Positions 10,386 through 20,732 of a DNA stretch of 64,000 bases are shown piece by piece. The stretch lies in contig CAWICC010000005.1 in assembly GCA_963834535.1 (NCBI GenBank), forward strand, positions 648,258 through 712,257. Direction: 5' to 3'. Numbering within the stretch: the first letter of the stretch is position 1; each line of letters opens with the position of its first letter. The notes beneath the pieces are model-generated. The model saw only the letters and a list, made by a program, of their open reading frames with translations, made no database searches and was not told the DNA's origin. This DNA is from an uncultured delta proteobacterium (GTDB lineage Bacteria; Desulfobacterota; Binatia; Binatales; Binataceae). A program made the translations under genes and the position numbers.

Positions 10386-11399
10386 ATGTTGGTCGAACCG
10401 GGGCGACTCGAATTGCATGAGGTTTCGCCGCCGCATCCTGGTGCGGGAGCGATGCTGCTTGAAATCAAGTGTGCGTTAAGCTGCGGCACCGACCTCAAGA
10501 CCTATCGCCGTGGTCATCCGTTGTGGAAATTGCCGTCGCCGTTTGGCCACGAGTTCTCCGGTGTCGTCGCCGCAGTTGGCGCGGGAGTGAATCGATTCAA
10601 AGTTGGTGACGCGATTATGGCGGCGCCGACTGCACCGTGCGGCGCGTGCTTCTTTTGCGATCGCGGTCAGGAGAACCTCTGCGCACAAGCGATGGATCAG
10701 ATGGTGATGGGGGCCTATGCCGATTATCTTCTGCTACCGCCGCATATCGTAGCGGGTAACGCTTTCAGGAAACCGCCCTCATTGCCCTTCGAAGAGGCCG
10801 CTCTGCTTGAGCCGCTCGCCTGCGTCGTGCATGCCCAGGAGATGGCGCGGCCGGAAAAGCATGAGACGGTGTTGATCATAGGCGCTGGTCCATTCGGTTT
10901 ACTGCACATGATGGTGCTGAAGGCCGCCGGCGTTCGTACTGTCGCGATCGCGGGGCGCGGTGAGAGCCGGCTAAAATGGGCGGGCGAACTCGGCGCGGAC
11001 CACGTGATCGATGCAGCCCGGCCCGAAGCGGAGTCCGCGGTCGGCATGCTCAATGGCGGCTACGGCCCGGATCTGGTGATCGAGTGCACCGGTCAGGTGG
11101 CGGGATGGCAGGATGCTTTCGCGCGAGTGCGGCGCGGCGGACGCGTCGTATTTTTTGGTGGATGCGCAGCGAATACCGCCCTCACCATTGACACCCGCCG
11201 GATGCATTACGACAACCTGACTTTGCTGGCACCATTTCATTTCCGCCGGTGCGATGTGCGCCGCGCCTTCGAACTGTTGTGTGAAGGTCACCTCGGGGCC
11301 GGACGCCTGATCAATGCACGCCGATCGCTCGCGGACCTGGATGACGTTTTCGCGCTGCTCGAGCGCGGAGCGATCCTCAAGTGCGCGGTGATTCCGTAA
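10386..11399 (+). CDS. zinc-dependent medium-chain alcohol dehydrogenase (MDR family)
   Basis: Catalytic Zn motif (CALSCGTDLKTY), structural Zn Cys cluster (CGACFFCDRGQENLC) and Rossmann motif (LIIGAGPFG). Start placed at internal ATG 10386; the ORF extends upstream to 10272. Confidence 0.8.
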   Translation: MLVEPGRLELHEVSPPHPGAGAMLLEIKCALSCGTDLKTYRRGHPLWKLPSPFGHEFSGVVAAVGAGVNRFKVGDAIMAAPTAPCGACFFCDRGQENLCAQAMDQMVMGAYADYLLLPPHIVAGNAFRKPPSLPFEEAALLEPLACVVHAQEMARPEKHETVLIIGAGPFGLLHMMVLKAAGVRTVAIAGRGESRLKWAGELGADHVIDAARPEAESAVGMLNGGYGPDLVIECTGQVAGWQDAFARVRRGGRVVFFGGCAANTALTIDTRRMHYDNLTLLAPFHFRRCDVRRAFELLCEGHLGAGRLINARRSLADLDDVFALLERGAILKCAVIP

Positions 11400-11463
11400 G
11401 CGACCGAACGCGGCGGCGGTCAATCGCGACAATCGAATCGATCAGAGAATTGGATAGTTACTT

Positions 11464-13432
11464 ATGGATCAAGTTTCGCAGATGATGACAGACGGGCAGG
11501 GGACCATCGGCGCCCCCCGCGACGAATTTGCCGCCAAGATCGATCACACGATCGGCGAGGCGCAGCGTGCTTTGCTGCAGCAGCAACATCCGGAAGGCTA
11601 TTGGCAGGCGGCGCTCGAGGCCAATGCGGAGATGAATGCTGAATATATCATCTTCAATCGCTTCATGGAGATCGAGCCCGATCCGGCACTCGATGCCAAG
11701 CTCAAGAAGCTGCTGATCGATACGCAGCAGGGCGACGGAAGCTGGAGTTTGTTTCCGGGCGCCGAGGGTCACGTCTCCACGACGATCGAGGCTTATTTCG
11801 CCTTGAAGCTCACCGGCATGCGCGCCGGCGATGAACCGATGATGCAGGCGCGCCGCTGGATTCTCGCTCGCGGTGGAATCTCGAGCGCGGGCACCCTCGC
11901 GCGCTTCTATCTGGCAGCGATGAACCAGGTGACGTGGGACGCGACGCCATCGATGCCCGTTGAAATCACACTCCTGCCGAACTGGTTCCCGGTTAACATG
12001 TACGAGCTTTCGTCATGGGCGCGCGGTACGCTGTTCGCTTTGATGATGCTCCAAGCCAAGCGGCCCACGCGCGAAATCGATTGGATTGAAGGTGTCCTCG
12101 AGCTCTATATCCAGCCGCCACATTTTACCAAGTTCCACATGCCGCGCGGCAAGAAGTGGTTGTCGTTGCGCAACGCGTTGATCGGCGCCGACAAAGTTTT
12201 GCGCACTTACGACCGGCACCATTTAAACGGCCTGCGCGCCCGCGCATTGCGCCGCGCCGAGAGTTGGCTGCTGGAGCATCAGGACGCCAATGGGTCGTGG
12301 GGCGGAATCCAGCCGTGCTATCTGCTCAGCCCGATGGCGCTCAAGGGGCTCGGATATCGCAACGATCATCCGGTGATCGAAAAAGCGCTTGCGGGTGCGC
12401 GTGAGCTGGTGTGGGATCAGGGCGACACGATCCTTTATCAGCCATGTGTCTCGCCTAACTGGGATACGGCATTAGCCGCCAAGGCGCTGATCGACTCCGG
12501 TCTCAAAGGCGACCATCCGGCGTTACGCGATGCGGCAAAGTGGTTAATAGATCATCAAATCTTCAAGACCGGCGACTGGTCAGTCAAGCGGCCCGGCCTC
12601 GAACCGGGCGGATGGGCATTTCAGTTCCACAACGATTGGTTTCCCGACGTGGACGATTCTGCAGTGATCCTGATGGTGCTGGCTGAGGCCGCCCACGAGG
12701 ATGCCGAAGCACGCGAACGCGCGCTCAAACTGGGTGCGAACTGGGTGATGGGTATGCAATCGAAGGATGGCGGGTTCGCCGCCTTCGATGTCGATAACGA
12801 CTCGCACTGGATTAATCAGGCGCCCTTTGCCGACGTTGAAGCGGCAACCGATCCTACATGTGCTGACCTGACCGGCCGTGTACTCGAAATGATGGCCGCG
12901 GTGGGCTATCGTGCTGATCATCCGGTAGCGCGCCGCGCAATTTCGTGGCTCAAGCGCGACCAGAAGAGCGGATGGGTCGTGGTGGGGTCGATGGGGCGTC
13001 AGTTATATCTACGGCACATTTTCGGCGTTGTCGGGGCTGCGTGCGATAGGCGTGGATATGAGCGAGGCTTGGATCCAGCGTGCGGTCGCGTGGCTCAAGT
13101 CGGTGCAGAACTCCGATGGCGGATGGGGCGAGAGCTGTCTCGCCGACAAAGATCCGGCGCTCAAGGGCAAAGGCGCGAGCACTCCGTCGCAGACCGCATG
13201 GGCCTTGATCGGATTAATCGCAGGCGAGGACCAAATCAGCGACCACTCGATGCGCGGGGTGGCCTGGCTGGTCGAAGGACAGAACAGCGATGGTCGCTGG
13301 GAGGACACCGAGTTCACTGGTACCGGTTTCCCCAATCATTTCTATCTTCGTTATCACATGTATGCACATTACTTTCCGCTGATGGCGCTGGGCCGATTCC
13401 GCCGGCGGATGTCCGAGCGAGCCGCGCAGTAA
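11464..13432 (+). CDS. shc: squalene-hopene cyclase, interrupted by a single-base frameshift near 12969-12971
   Basis: SHC-like over the whole length (QW repeats, DGSW, catalytic DxDD region). Reading frame 1 covers 11464 to ~12970. The genuine C-terminus (DGSWWGRWGVSYIYGTFSALSGLRAIG...) continues in frame 2 (ORF 13028-13432). One extra base in AGCGGATGGG accounts for the shift. Confidence 0.85.
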
Positions 13433-13448
13433 GCTCGCGGGTTTCGCG

Positions 13449-14624
13449 ATGAAGGCGATCTCGATCATTGGCTCGACCGGTTCCGTGGGCGTAACCACGC
13501 TAGACGTGGTGTCGCGCTTTCCCGATCGCTTTCGCGTGGTAGCAATGGCGGCGGGGCGTAATCTCGAATTGCTGGCCGATCAAATTCGCCGCTTTTTACC
13601 ACAGGTGGTATCTGTTGAGACATCGGAATTGGCGGGCGACCTCGCCGAACGCATACGACCGCATAAAGTGACTATTCTCCACGGCGGAGAAGGGGTCGTC
13701 GCGGTCGCGACTCATCCTGAAGCCAAGCTAGTGGTGTCGGCGCTGGTGGGTGCGTTGGGATTACCGCCGACGCTCGCGGCGATCAAGGCCGGCAAGGATA
13801 TCGCGTTCGCCAATAAGGAAGTACTTGTAGTCGCAGGCGAGGTTGTTACGCGCGCGGTGCGCGAGTACGGGGTGCGCCTGCTGCCGGTCGATAGCGAGCA
13901 TAACGCAATCTTTCAATGTATCGAAGGGCGGCCTCCTGACAGTGTAAGGAGGATCATCCTCACCGCTTCTGGTGGTCCCTTTCGCCAGTTGCCGGCGGAT
14001 CGCTTTAGCGAGATCACCGTCAAGGATGCCCTCAATCATCCGACCTGGAGGATGGGCAACAAGATCACAATCGATTCCGCGACGATGATGAACAAGGGCC
14101 TCGAGGTCATCGAAGCGCATTGGCTGTTCGGTCTGCCCGCCGAGAATATAGATATCGTGATCCACCCCCAGAGCGTTATTCATTCGATGGTAGAAATGAT
14201 CGACGGATCGGTGATCGCGGAAATGGCGATTACTGACATGGCTATACCCGCGGCGTTCGCGCTGGCATATCCGGATCGGCTGCCGCTCGACCACTTGCCG
14301 CCTCTCTCGCTAATTGATTGCGCGAATCTCTCCTTTGAGCAGCCGGACTTCGTGCGCTTTCCATGCCTCCGCCTCGCTTACGAAGCCTTGCGCGCCGGTG
14401 GCACAATGGCCGCTTGTCTCAACGCCGCGAACGAGGAGCTGGTTGCGGGCTTTCTCGCGGGGCACATACGATTTGTGGATATTCCGCGGCACATCGAGAC
14501 CATCATGTTGCGCCATCACAATCCGCCCGCGCGTACGCTTGAGGATGTGATCGGAACCGATGGATGGGCGCGCGCCGCAGCGCGCGAACTGATCGGCATG
14601 GACGCGGCGGTGGTGCACGCATGA
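13449..14624 (+). CDS. dxr: 1-deoxy-D-xylulose 5-phosphate reductoisomerase (MEP pathway)
   Basis: 391 aa with the N-terminal NADPH motif (ISIIGSTGSVGVTTLDVV) and full-length DXR similarity (LPVDSEHNAIFQC, NKGLEVIEA). Confidence 0.9.
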   Translation: MKAISIIGSTGSVGVTTLDVVSRFPDRFRVVAMAAGRNLELLADQIRRFLPQVVSVETSELAGDLAERIRPHKVTILHGGEGVVAVATHPEAKLVVSALVGALGLPPTLAAIKAGKDIAFANKEVLVVAGEVVTRAVREYGVRLLPVDSEHNAIFQCIEGRPPDSVRRIILTASGGPFRQLPADRFSEITVKDALNHPTWRMGNKITIDSATMMNKGLEVIEAHWLFGLPAENIDIVIHPQSVIHSMVEMIDGSVIAEMAITDMAIPAAFALAYPDRLPLDHLPPLSLIDCANLSFEQPDFVRFPCLRLAYEALRAGGTMAACLNAANEELVAGFLAGHIRFVDIPRHIETIMLRHHNPPARTLEDVIGTDGWARAAARELIGMDAAVVHA

Positions 14625-15526
14625 CCGACACCGCGAGCGTGTTCATACAGGGCAGTGGCCTTAACGTGGATGCTCCTGCCGCGGTCCTAAGCGCGGCTGA
14701 GGCCTACGCCTGGTGTGGACGCCTGGCGCGCTCGCATTACGAGAACTTTAGCATCGCGTCGTGGCTGATGCCCTCCGCGATGCGTCCGCACATGCATGCG
14801 ATTTACGCCTACGCGCGCGTCGCCGACGATTTTGCGGACGTGGATAAGAGCCTCGACAAGCTCGACGCATGGGAGCATGAGCTGGACGCCGCGTATGCGG
14901 GGGCGCCGCGCCACCCAGTCTTCGTCGCGCTGGCAGAAACGGTGCGACGTTTCGAGATTCCACGCGAGCCGTTCGCCGATTTGCTACGCGCATTTCGTTC
15001 CGACGTGAATTTCTCCGGTTTCGAGACCGTCGACGAATTGCTCGATTACGCGCGCTATTCCGCAAATCCGGCAGGCCGGCTGGTGCTTTATCTGTTTGGT
15101 TATCGCGATGCCGAACGCCAAAGGCTTTCGGATCTTGTGTGCAGCGGCTTGCAGCTCGCCAATTTCTGGCAAGATGTCGCCGTCGATTTCGCCAATGGCC
15201 GCATCTATTTACCGCGCCGCGATCTGGAACGCTATGGTGTGACGGCCGACGACTTGCGCACGGGACGGGTCACGTCAGGGTTCGTCAATCTGATGCGTCA
15301 CGAAATCGAATTTGCGCGCGATCTCCTGGTGCGCGGTGCCGATCTCAGCCGCATGGTCGATCGCCGCTTGCGCCGCGATATTCTGATGTTCGCAGGCGGT
15401 GGGCTTGCGATCTTGCACGCTATCGAGAAAATCGATTATGACGTTTTCAATCAGCGGCCAAAGCTAGGCAAGCTCAGCTATCTCGGCATCGGGTGGGACG
15501 CGATTCGTGGGCGCCTTTCGCACTGA
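14621..15526 (+). CDS. hpnC: hydroxysqualene synthase (squalene synthase-like, HpnC-type)
   Basis: Trans-isoprenyl diphosphate synthase head-to-head fold with aspartate-rich motifs (YARVADDFADV). First of two tandem paralogs followed by hpnE, the canonical hpnCDE order. ATG 14621 overlaps the dxr stop. Confidence 0.8.
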   Translation: MTDTASVFIQGSGLNVDAPAAVLSAAEAYAWCGRLARSHYENFSIASWLMPSAMRPHMHAIYAYARVADDFADVDKSLDKLDAWEHELDAAYAGAPRHPVFVALAETVRRFEIPREPFADLLRAFRSDVNFSGFETVDELLDYARYSANPAGRLVLYLFGYRDAERQRLSDLVCSGLQLANFWQDVAVDFANGRIYLPRRDLERYGVTADDLRTGRVTSGFVNLMRHEIEFARDLLVRGADLSRMVDRRLRRDILMFAGGGLAILHAIEKIDYDVFNQRPKLGKLSYLGIGWDAIRGRLSH

Positions 15527-16418
15527 AGAGCTGATTTCCCGGCCCCCTGGGAACGCAGTCGCACTCGCCGAGGATTATGCGCGATGCGCTGCGGTCACGC
15601 GGCAGGCGTCCTCCAATTTTTACTATGCATTCATGCTGTTACCGATCGAGCGCCGGCGGGCACTCTACGCGGTGTATGCATTCTGTCGCTTCGTCGATGA
15701 TATTGCAGACGACGATAGCGTTCCTGATCCGGCTTCATTGCTCGCGCGTTGGCGCGACGAACTGAGCAATGTCTTCGCCGGCATACCGACGCGGGCGGTG
15801 TCGCGCGCCCTTGCGGAAAATATCACCCGCTTCAATATCCCCCGCCGATATTTCGACGAGGTCATCGACGGCGTTGAAATGGATCTGTCGCGGCGGTGCT
15901 ACGAGACGTTCGACGAACTCGGCCTCTATTGCAGGCGCGTCGCCTCGGCGGTGGGCCTGATTTGTATCGAGATCTTCGGCTACGTGAATCCCTCGACGCG
16001 CATCTATGCGGAAAAACTCGGGCTGGCATTTCAGCTCACCAACATAATTCGCGACGTTCGCGAGGACGCTGAACGCGGACGTATTTATTTGCCGCTCGAG
16101 GATTTGCGGCGCTTCGGCGTGACGGAATCAGAGCTGCTGAAAGGTGCCTACAACGATCGCTTCCGCGCGCTAATGGCCTTCGAATCCGAACGCGCGCGCG
16201 ATTTCTATCGGGCCGCCGCTTTGGCCCTGCCGCCTGAGGATCGTCCCTCGATGCTTGCGGCCGAAGCGATGCGCTTGATCTACAGTGCCTTGCTTGAACA
16301 GATTGTGCGATCGGGTTATCGCGTCTTTGACCGCCGTCACAGGCTCTCGACGCCGCGCAAGCTCTACCTCGTTGGACGTGCATGGGCTGGCTCGCGGCTC
16401 GTGCGTGCGTCGGGATAG
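15507..16418 (+). CDS. hpnD: presqualene diphosphate synthase (HpnD-type)
   Basis: Second squalene/phytoene-synthase-family ORF (YAFMLLPIERRRALYAVYAFCRFVDDIADD). Position between hpnC and hpnE. Confidence 0.8.
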   Translation: MGAFRTEELISRPPGNAVALAEDYARCAAVTRQASSNFYYAFMLLPIERRRALYAVYAFCRFVDDIADDDSVPDPASLLARWRDELSNVFAGIPTRAVSRALAENITRFNIPRRYFDEVIDGVEMDLSRRCYETFDELGLYCRRVASAVGLICIEIFGYVNPSTRIYAEKLGLAFQLTNIIRDVREDAERGRIYLPLEDLRRFGVTESELLKGAYNDRFRALMAFESERARDFYRAAALALPPEDRPSMLAAEAMRLIYSALLEQIVRSGYRVFDRRHRLSTPRKLYLVGRAWAGSRLVRASG

Positions 16419-17791
16419 CATCCGTGGCAGTCGAAGCCAAAGACGTCGTGGTGATCGGTGGCGGCTTCGCCGGCCTGGCGGCAGGAGTGTCGCTCGGAGC
16501 ACTCGGGTTTCGCGTCGCTGTGCTCGAGGGCAAACCCACTCTCGGCGGTCGTGCTTATTCCTTTGTCGATGAAGATACCGGAGATTTTGTCGATAACGGC
16601 CAGCATGTTCTGATGGGCTGCTATCACGAAACGCTGGACTTCCTCGATCAGATCGGCACCCGTGGGCAGCTCATTTTCCATCGGAATCTCGAAATTGAAA
16701 TGCTCGATGGTCCCGGCCGTCGCGCGCGCGTCAAGACCGTGCCGCTGCCCGGGCCATTCCATATGAGCGGCGCGCTGCTCGGGTACGGTCACCTCAGTTT
16801 GGGCGAACGATTGCGCATAATCAGCGGCGGGTCGCGCCTGATGTATTTGCGCTCACGATCGCGCGATCGGCTGCGGCGCATAAGCGTGGCCGAACTGATG
16901 GACGAACTCGGGCAAAGCGATCGCGCGCGTCGATATTTCTGGTATCCCATTGCCATCGCGACTCTGAACGATGAGCCGGAACTCGCGTCTGCAGCCCTGT
17001 TTGCCGAAGTGCTCAAGCGCGCCTTTTTCTCGCGCCGCGGCGACTCCGCATTCGTTTATTCGAGGGTTGGCTTGAGCGATCTTTACTGCGGTGCCGCCCG
17101 CGACGCGATCGAAAATGCGGGCGGCGTAGTAGCGACCCGGGCGATTGTGGAAGGGTTTGACTTCGACGCCAACTCCGCCATCACTGCCGTGCGCCTGCGC
17201 GACGGCAGCCGTCTTAGCGGCGCAAATTATATCGTCGCAGTTCCGCCGCAGCAGTGCCTGAAGCTCATGCCCGAGGCGGCCATCGCCGATCCTTTCTTCT
17301 CGCGCATCCATGCGCTTAAAAGCTCACCGATAGTGTGCGTTCATGTATGGCTCGATCGCGAGGTCACGGATTCTGCATTTGTCGGGTTCATCGGGGCGCA
17401 GACGCAATGGATGTTCAATAAGCGTCGCATTTTCGAGCAGCACGGCGAGCGTCATCCCGGTTACCTCAGCTTCGTGATCAGCGGCGCGCGCAAGTTGGTT
17501 GACAGTTCCAACGGTGAACTGCTCGACTTGGTAATTAACGATCTGCGCACGATGATTCCGGCGGCGCGCAACGCCAGCGTGGTGAAGGCGCTCGTGCTCA
17601 AAGAGAAGCATGCGACGATGGCGCCGGATCCGCTCTCTGATTTGAGCCGTCCTGAGACGATTACCCCGATTCCAAATCTGTTTCTCGCTGGCGATTGGAT
17701 CCAGACCGGCTTACCCGCAACTATCGAGAGCGCGGTGGTTTCCGGCCGCGCGGCGGCAAAAGCGATCGTGGCGCGGGTCCTCAGCGCCTGA
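16382..17791 (+). CDS. hpnE: hydroxysqualene dehydroxylase (FAD-dependent amine-oxidase family)
   Basis: FAD-binding GxGxxG (VVVIGGGFAGLAAG) and amine-oxidase-like length (469 aa). Third gene of the hpnCDE triad. Start may be GTG 16424. Confidence 0.8.
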   Translation: MGWLAARACVGIASVAVEAKDVVVIGGGFAGLAAGVSLGALGFRVAVLEGKPTLGGRAYSFVDEDTGDFVDNGQHVLMGCYHETLDFLDQIGTRGQLIFHRNLEIEMLDGPGRRARVKTVPLPGPFHMSGALLGYGHLSLGERLRIISGGSRLMYLRSRSRDRLRRISVAELMDELGQSDRARRYFWYPIAIATLNDEPELASAALFAEVLKRAFFSRRGDSAFVYSRVGLSDLYCGAARDAIENAGGVVATRAIVEGFDFDANSAITAVRLRDGSRLSGANYIVAVPPQQCLKLMPEAAIADPFFSRIHALKSSPIVCVHVWLDREVTDSAFVGFIGAQTQWMFNKRRIFEQHGERHPGYLSFVISGARKLVDSSNGELLDLVINDLRTMIPAARNASVVKALVLKEKHATMAPDPLSDLSRPETITPIPNLFLAGDWIQTGLPATIESAVVSGRAAAKAIVARVLSA

Positions 17792-17801
17792 GCGACTCGC
17801 G

Positions 17802-18806
17802 ATGGCTCCACAAACGGCGCTCGTTACCGGTGGCAACGGCTTCATCGGCGCCCATGTGGTTCGAGCACTGGTGGCGCGCGGGACGCACGTGCGCGCCTTC
17901 GTTCGCAAAGGTGCCGATACTCCCGCGCTTGACGGTGTCGATTGCGAAATCGCAGTGGGCGATATTCGCGATCTCACATCGGTCGAGGTTTCCGTACATG
18001 GATGCGACGAGGTCTATCATGTGGCCGCGGATTACCGCTTGTGGGTGGTTGATGAGGCGCCGATGTACGCGGCCAACGTGGAGGGCACGCGCAACGTACT
18101 CGCTGCGGCGGGCCGCGCGGGAGTCGCGAAGATTGTGCACACCAGTAGCGTCGGCGCTCTTGGAATCGGTCCCGATAAGGTCGGGCGCGAGAACACCCCG
18201 GTCACGCTCGCGGATATGGTGGGTCCTTACAAGCGATCTAAGTTTCTCGCGGAGCAGGTCGCGATCGATGCCGCCCGCGCGGGACTGCCGGTCGTCATCG
18301 TCAATCCGTCTACGCCGGTCGGCGCGCTCGACTATAAGCCGACTCCGACCGGCCGCGTCATAGTCGAGTTTCTCAACCGCCGGATGCCCGCCTTCATGGA
18401 GACGGGATTGAACCTCGCTTGTGTCGAAGACGTTGCACGCGGTCATCTGCTCGCCGCAGAGCGAGGTCGAATTGGCGAGAAATACATTCTCGGCGGTGAG
18501 AATCTCACTCTCGAAGTCATGTTGCAGCGGCTTGCGGCGATCTCTGGTTTACCGGCCGCGCGAGTGAAAATACCCTACGCGGTCGCCTACGGATTCGCGC
18601 TTGCGGCTGAGGCAGTCGCTCGCATCGTCACCCATCGCGCCCCGCGCGCGAGCCTGACCGAGGTCCGCATGGCGCGCAAGAAAATGTTTTTCGATTCCGC
18701 CAAGGCGCGTGCCGAACTCGGCTACGATTCCTCGCCCATTGATGAGGGCCTGGCCCGCGCAATCGAGTTCTTCCGGCGCGTCGGTATGGCCGGCAATGCC
18801 GCCTGA
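17802..18806 (+). CDS. hpnA: hopanoid-associated NAD-dependent sugar epimerase/dehydratase
   Basis: SDR-extended Rossmann motif (ALVTGGNGFIGAHVV) and YxxxK. 334 aa in the hpn cluster. Confidence 0.8.
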   Translation: MAPQTALVTGGNGFIGAHVVRALVARGTHVRAFVRKGADTPALDGVDCEIAVGDIRDLTSVEVSVHGCDEVYHVAADYRLWVVDEAPMYAANVEGTRNVLAAAGRAGVAKIVHTSSVGALGIGPDKVGRENTPVTLADMVGPYKRSKFLAEQVAIDAARAGLPVVIVNPSTPVGALDYKPTPTGRVIVEFLNRRMPAFMETGLNLACVEDVARGHLLAAERGRIGEKYILGGENLTLEVMLQRLAAISGLPAARVKIPYAVAYGFALAAEAVARIVTHRAPRASLTEVRMARKKMFFDSAKARAELGYDSSPIDEGLARAIEFFRRVGMAGNAA

Positions 18807-19725
18807 CGCGCCGATGCATCTGCTGCTTGCCACCATCGAACTGCGTCCCTATGTATTCATCTTTCTCGCTGCGTTTCTCTTCATTTCCATCGTCAATTTC
18901 GGTCTGCGCACCACGCTGCTGTTCACCGTTCTGACCTATGGCGTTTCGCTCGCGTGCGAGTGGAGTTCCGTGCACAACGGCTTCCCTTTCGGCCTTTACC
19001 ACTACATCGACGCCACACGGGGTCGCGAGATCTGGATCGCGGGCGTCCCGTTTATGGATTCGTTGTCGTTCACTTTTCTGGGTTTTGCCAGCTACACCGT
19101 CGCGCTGCTCGCGGCCTCCCCGCTGTATCGCAGGGGCGTCGATCTGCGCGTACTCGATACCTGGAAGATTCGTCGCGCGCCGCGGATCTGGCTGATGGCA
19201 GCGCTTTTCATGGTCATGGTTGACATGGTGGTCGATCCGCTCAGCGTGCGCGGCGACCGCTGGTTTCTCGGAAAGATCTTCTGGTACGACCCGCCCGGGC
19301 CGCACTTTGGCGTTCCGATCAGCAATTACCTTGGATGGTTTTTCGTTGCGGCGATAACTATCGCGATATTTCAATTGCTCGATAGTTTGCTCAATCGCAG
19401 TGCCGGCAAACCAGTCGGCGCAATCCCGGAGTTCCGATCTCGCGCAGTACTTGGTCCGATGCTCTACGCAGGCATCATTGGCTTCGGCATCTCGATGCTT
19501 TTTATTATCGGTGCGTACGACATAGCATGGGCCAGCGTGTTCATTTTCCTGCCCTTTACCGTGCTGATCCTCCACATCGTCACGCGCGCGGAGAGCTATG
19601 GCGACGCTGCCGCAATCGCCAGGCACGTCAAGGACTTTCCCTACGATGCGGCCGCCTTTGTCGAGGAGTCCGCGCCGGTCGATTCGATTCTGACGGGATC
19701 ACGGCGGCGCCCAGGACTGTTCTGA
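18796..19725 (+). CDS. polytopic integral membrane protein of unknown function embedded in the hopanoid cluster
   Basis: About 309 aa with 7-8 predicted hydrophobic helices (FIFLAAFLFISIVNFGL, WLMAALFMVMVDMVV, LYAGIIGFGISMLFIIGAY). No catalytic motif recognised. ATG 18796 overlaps the hpnA stop. Confidence 0.6.
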   Translation: MPPDAPMHLLLATIELRPYVFIFLAAFLFISIVNFGLRTTLLFTVLTYGVSLACEWSSVHNGFPFGLYHYIDATRGREIWIAGVPFMDSLSFTFLGFASYTVALLAASPLYRRGVDLRVLDTWKIRRAPRIWLMAALFMVMVDMVVDPLSVRGDRWFLGKIFWYDPPGPHFGVPISNYLGWFFVAAITIAIFQLLDSLLNRSAGKPVGAIPEFRSRAVLGPMLYAGIIGFGISMLFIIGAYDIAWASVFIFLPFTVLILHIVTRAESYGDAAAIARHVKDFPYDAAAFVEESAPVDSILTGSRRRPGLF

Positions 19726-19736
19726 TCCGATTGGTC

Positions 19737-20489
19737 TCACCGGTCGAGACGGTGTGCGAGCGCATCGACGGCGATGGCCATCGCTTCGCTCGCCTTGCGG
19801 AGATTTCTGACCAGCCGAATTATCCCTGGGACCATCGCGGGATTCCGTGCGAGCGCGACTGCGGCTTTCAACGGCCGCACTTTACCGTTCTCGTCCGCGA
19901 ATGCAGCGCCGGCGAGATCATGTTCGACAGTGTCCATGATGGTGCGCATCGCGACAAAAGGAATTCCGCGCGCGGCCGCCTCGAAGGCAATGACGGCCGT
20001 CTCCATGTCAACCGCGATTGCTCCCGTGACGGCGCCAGCAAGCCGCTTGTCGGCTGCCGTCGCGAGCGGGTATTTCACGGTCAGAATCGGGCCGCGCGCA
20101 TATCCGATTCCGGCCGCGTCCAAGGCTGACGACGCGAGTTCGAAGTAGTCGGTTGGAACTTCGATCGCGCGTGCGGCTTGCTCGTTATCGCCTAAGCCAA
20201 TCATCAACCGATCGCCCAAGACAACGTCGCCAATTTCGAGCCTGTCCGTCAATGCGCCCGCCACGCCGGTCAGAATCACGCGATCGATATCGCCAATTTC
20301 ATCGAACGCGCGGCGCGCATTTTCCGCCGCTCGGCGTATCCCGATACCACTGGCGACGAGCACAATCCCGGCGTCGCCGATACGGCCTCGAGCGCCGGCG
20401 AGGCCCTTGATATTGAGCGCTTTCGCATCATTCAGCCTTTTGCGGATGGGCTCCAATTCGGCGCCGAATGCGCAGAAAATCAATATCAA
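19737..20489 (-). CDS. hpnG: hopanoid-associated phosphorylase (PNP/MTAP-family nucleosidase acting on adenosylhopane)
   Basis: 250 aa PNP/UDP-1 family fold (GIGIRRAAENARRAF...AVDMETAVIAFEAAARGIPFVAMRTI). Located between hpnA and hpnK. Confidence 0.8.
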   Translation of the reverse strand: MILIFCAFGAELEPIRKRLNDAKALNIKGLAGARGRIGDAGIVLVASGIGIRRAAENARRAFDEIGDIDRVILTGVAGALTDRLEIGDVVLGDRLMIGLGDNEQAARAIEVPTDYFELASSALDAAGIGYARGPILTVKYPLATAADKRLAGAVTGAIAVDMETAVIAFEAAARGIPFVAMRTIMDTVEHDLAGAAFADENGKVRPLKAAVALARNPAMVPGIIRLVRNLRKASEAMAIAVDALAHRLDR

Positions 20490-20732
20490 TGATGGATTCC
20501 TTCAAGAATTCGCGGTTGATCGATTAACGGCGCTTGAGCAGCCAGGCGGTTCCAAGCAAAATTGCCGCAATGCTCCCAGTCAAAATTGCCGTGACGCGCC
20601 TCTGCGATCAAGCTCGCTGCCATACATTCCATTACCACCTGACAGAATCGCGCCGATCCAGCTTGTGCACGACCGATCGCTCTCGATGATCCCGCGATCC
20701 CGGCGTTTCCCGCTCACCTCCAGAACGTTCCG

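Noticed and set aside
16036-16539. Minus-strand ORFs (167 and 110 aa) across the hpnD-hpnE junction
   Set aside because: Antisense to conserved hpnD and hpnE sequence. No homology. Typical high-GC artefacts.
18628-19626. 332-aa minus-strand ORF overlapping hpnA 3' end and the membrane-protein gene
   Set aside because: Antisense to two genes with strong plus-strand signals. Translation is Arg/His/Asp-rich low complexity.
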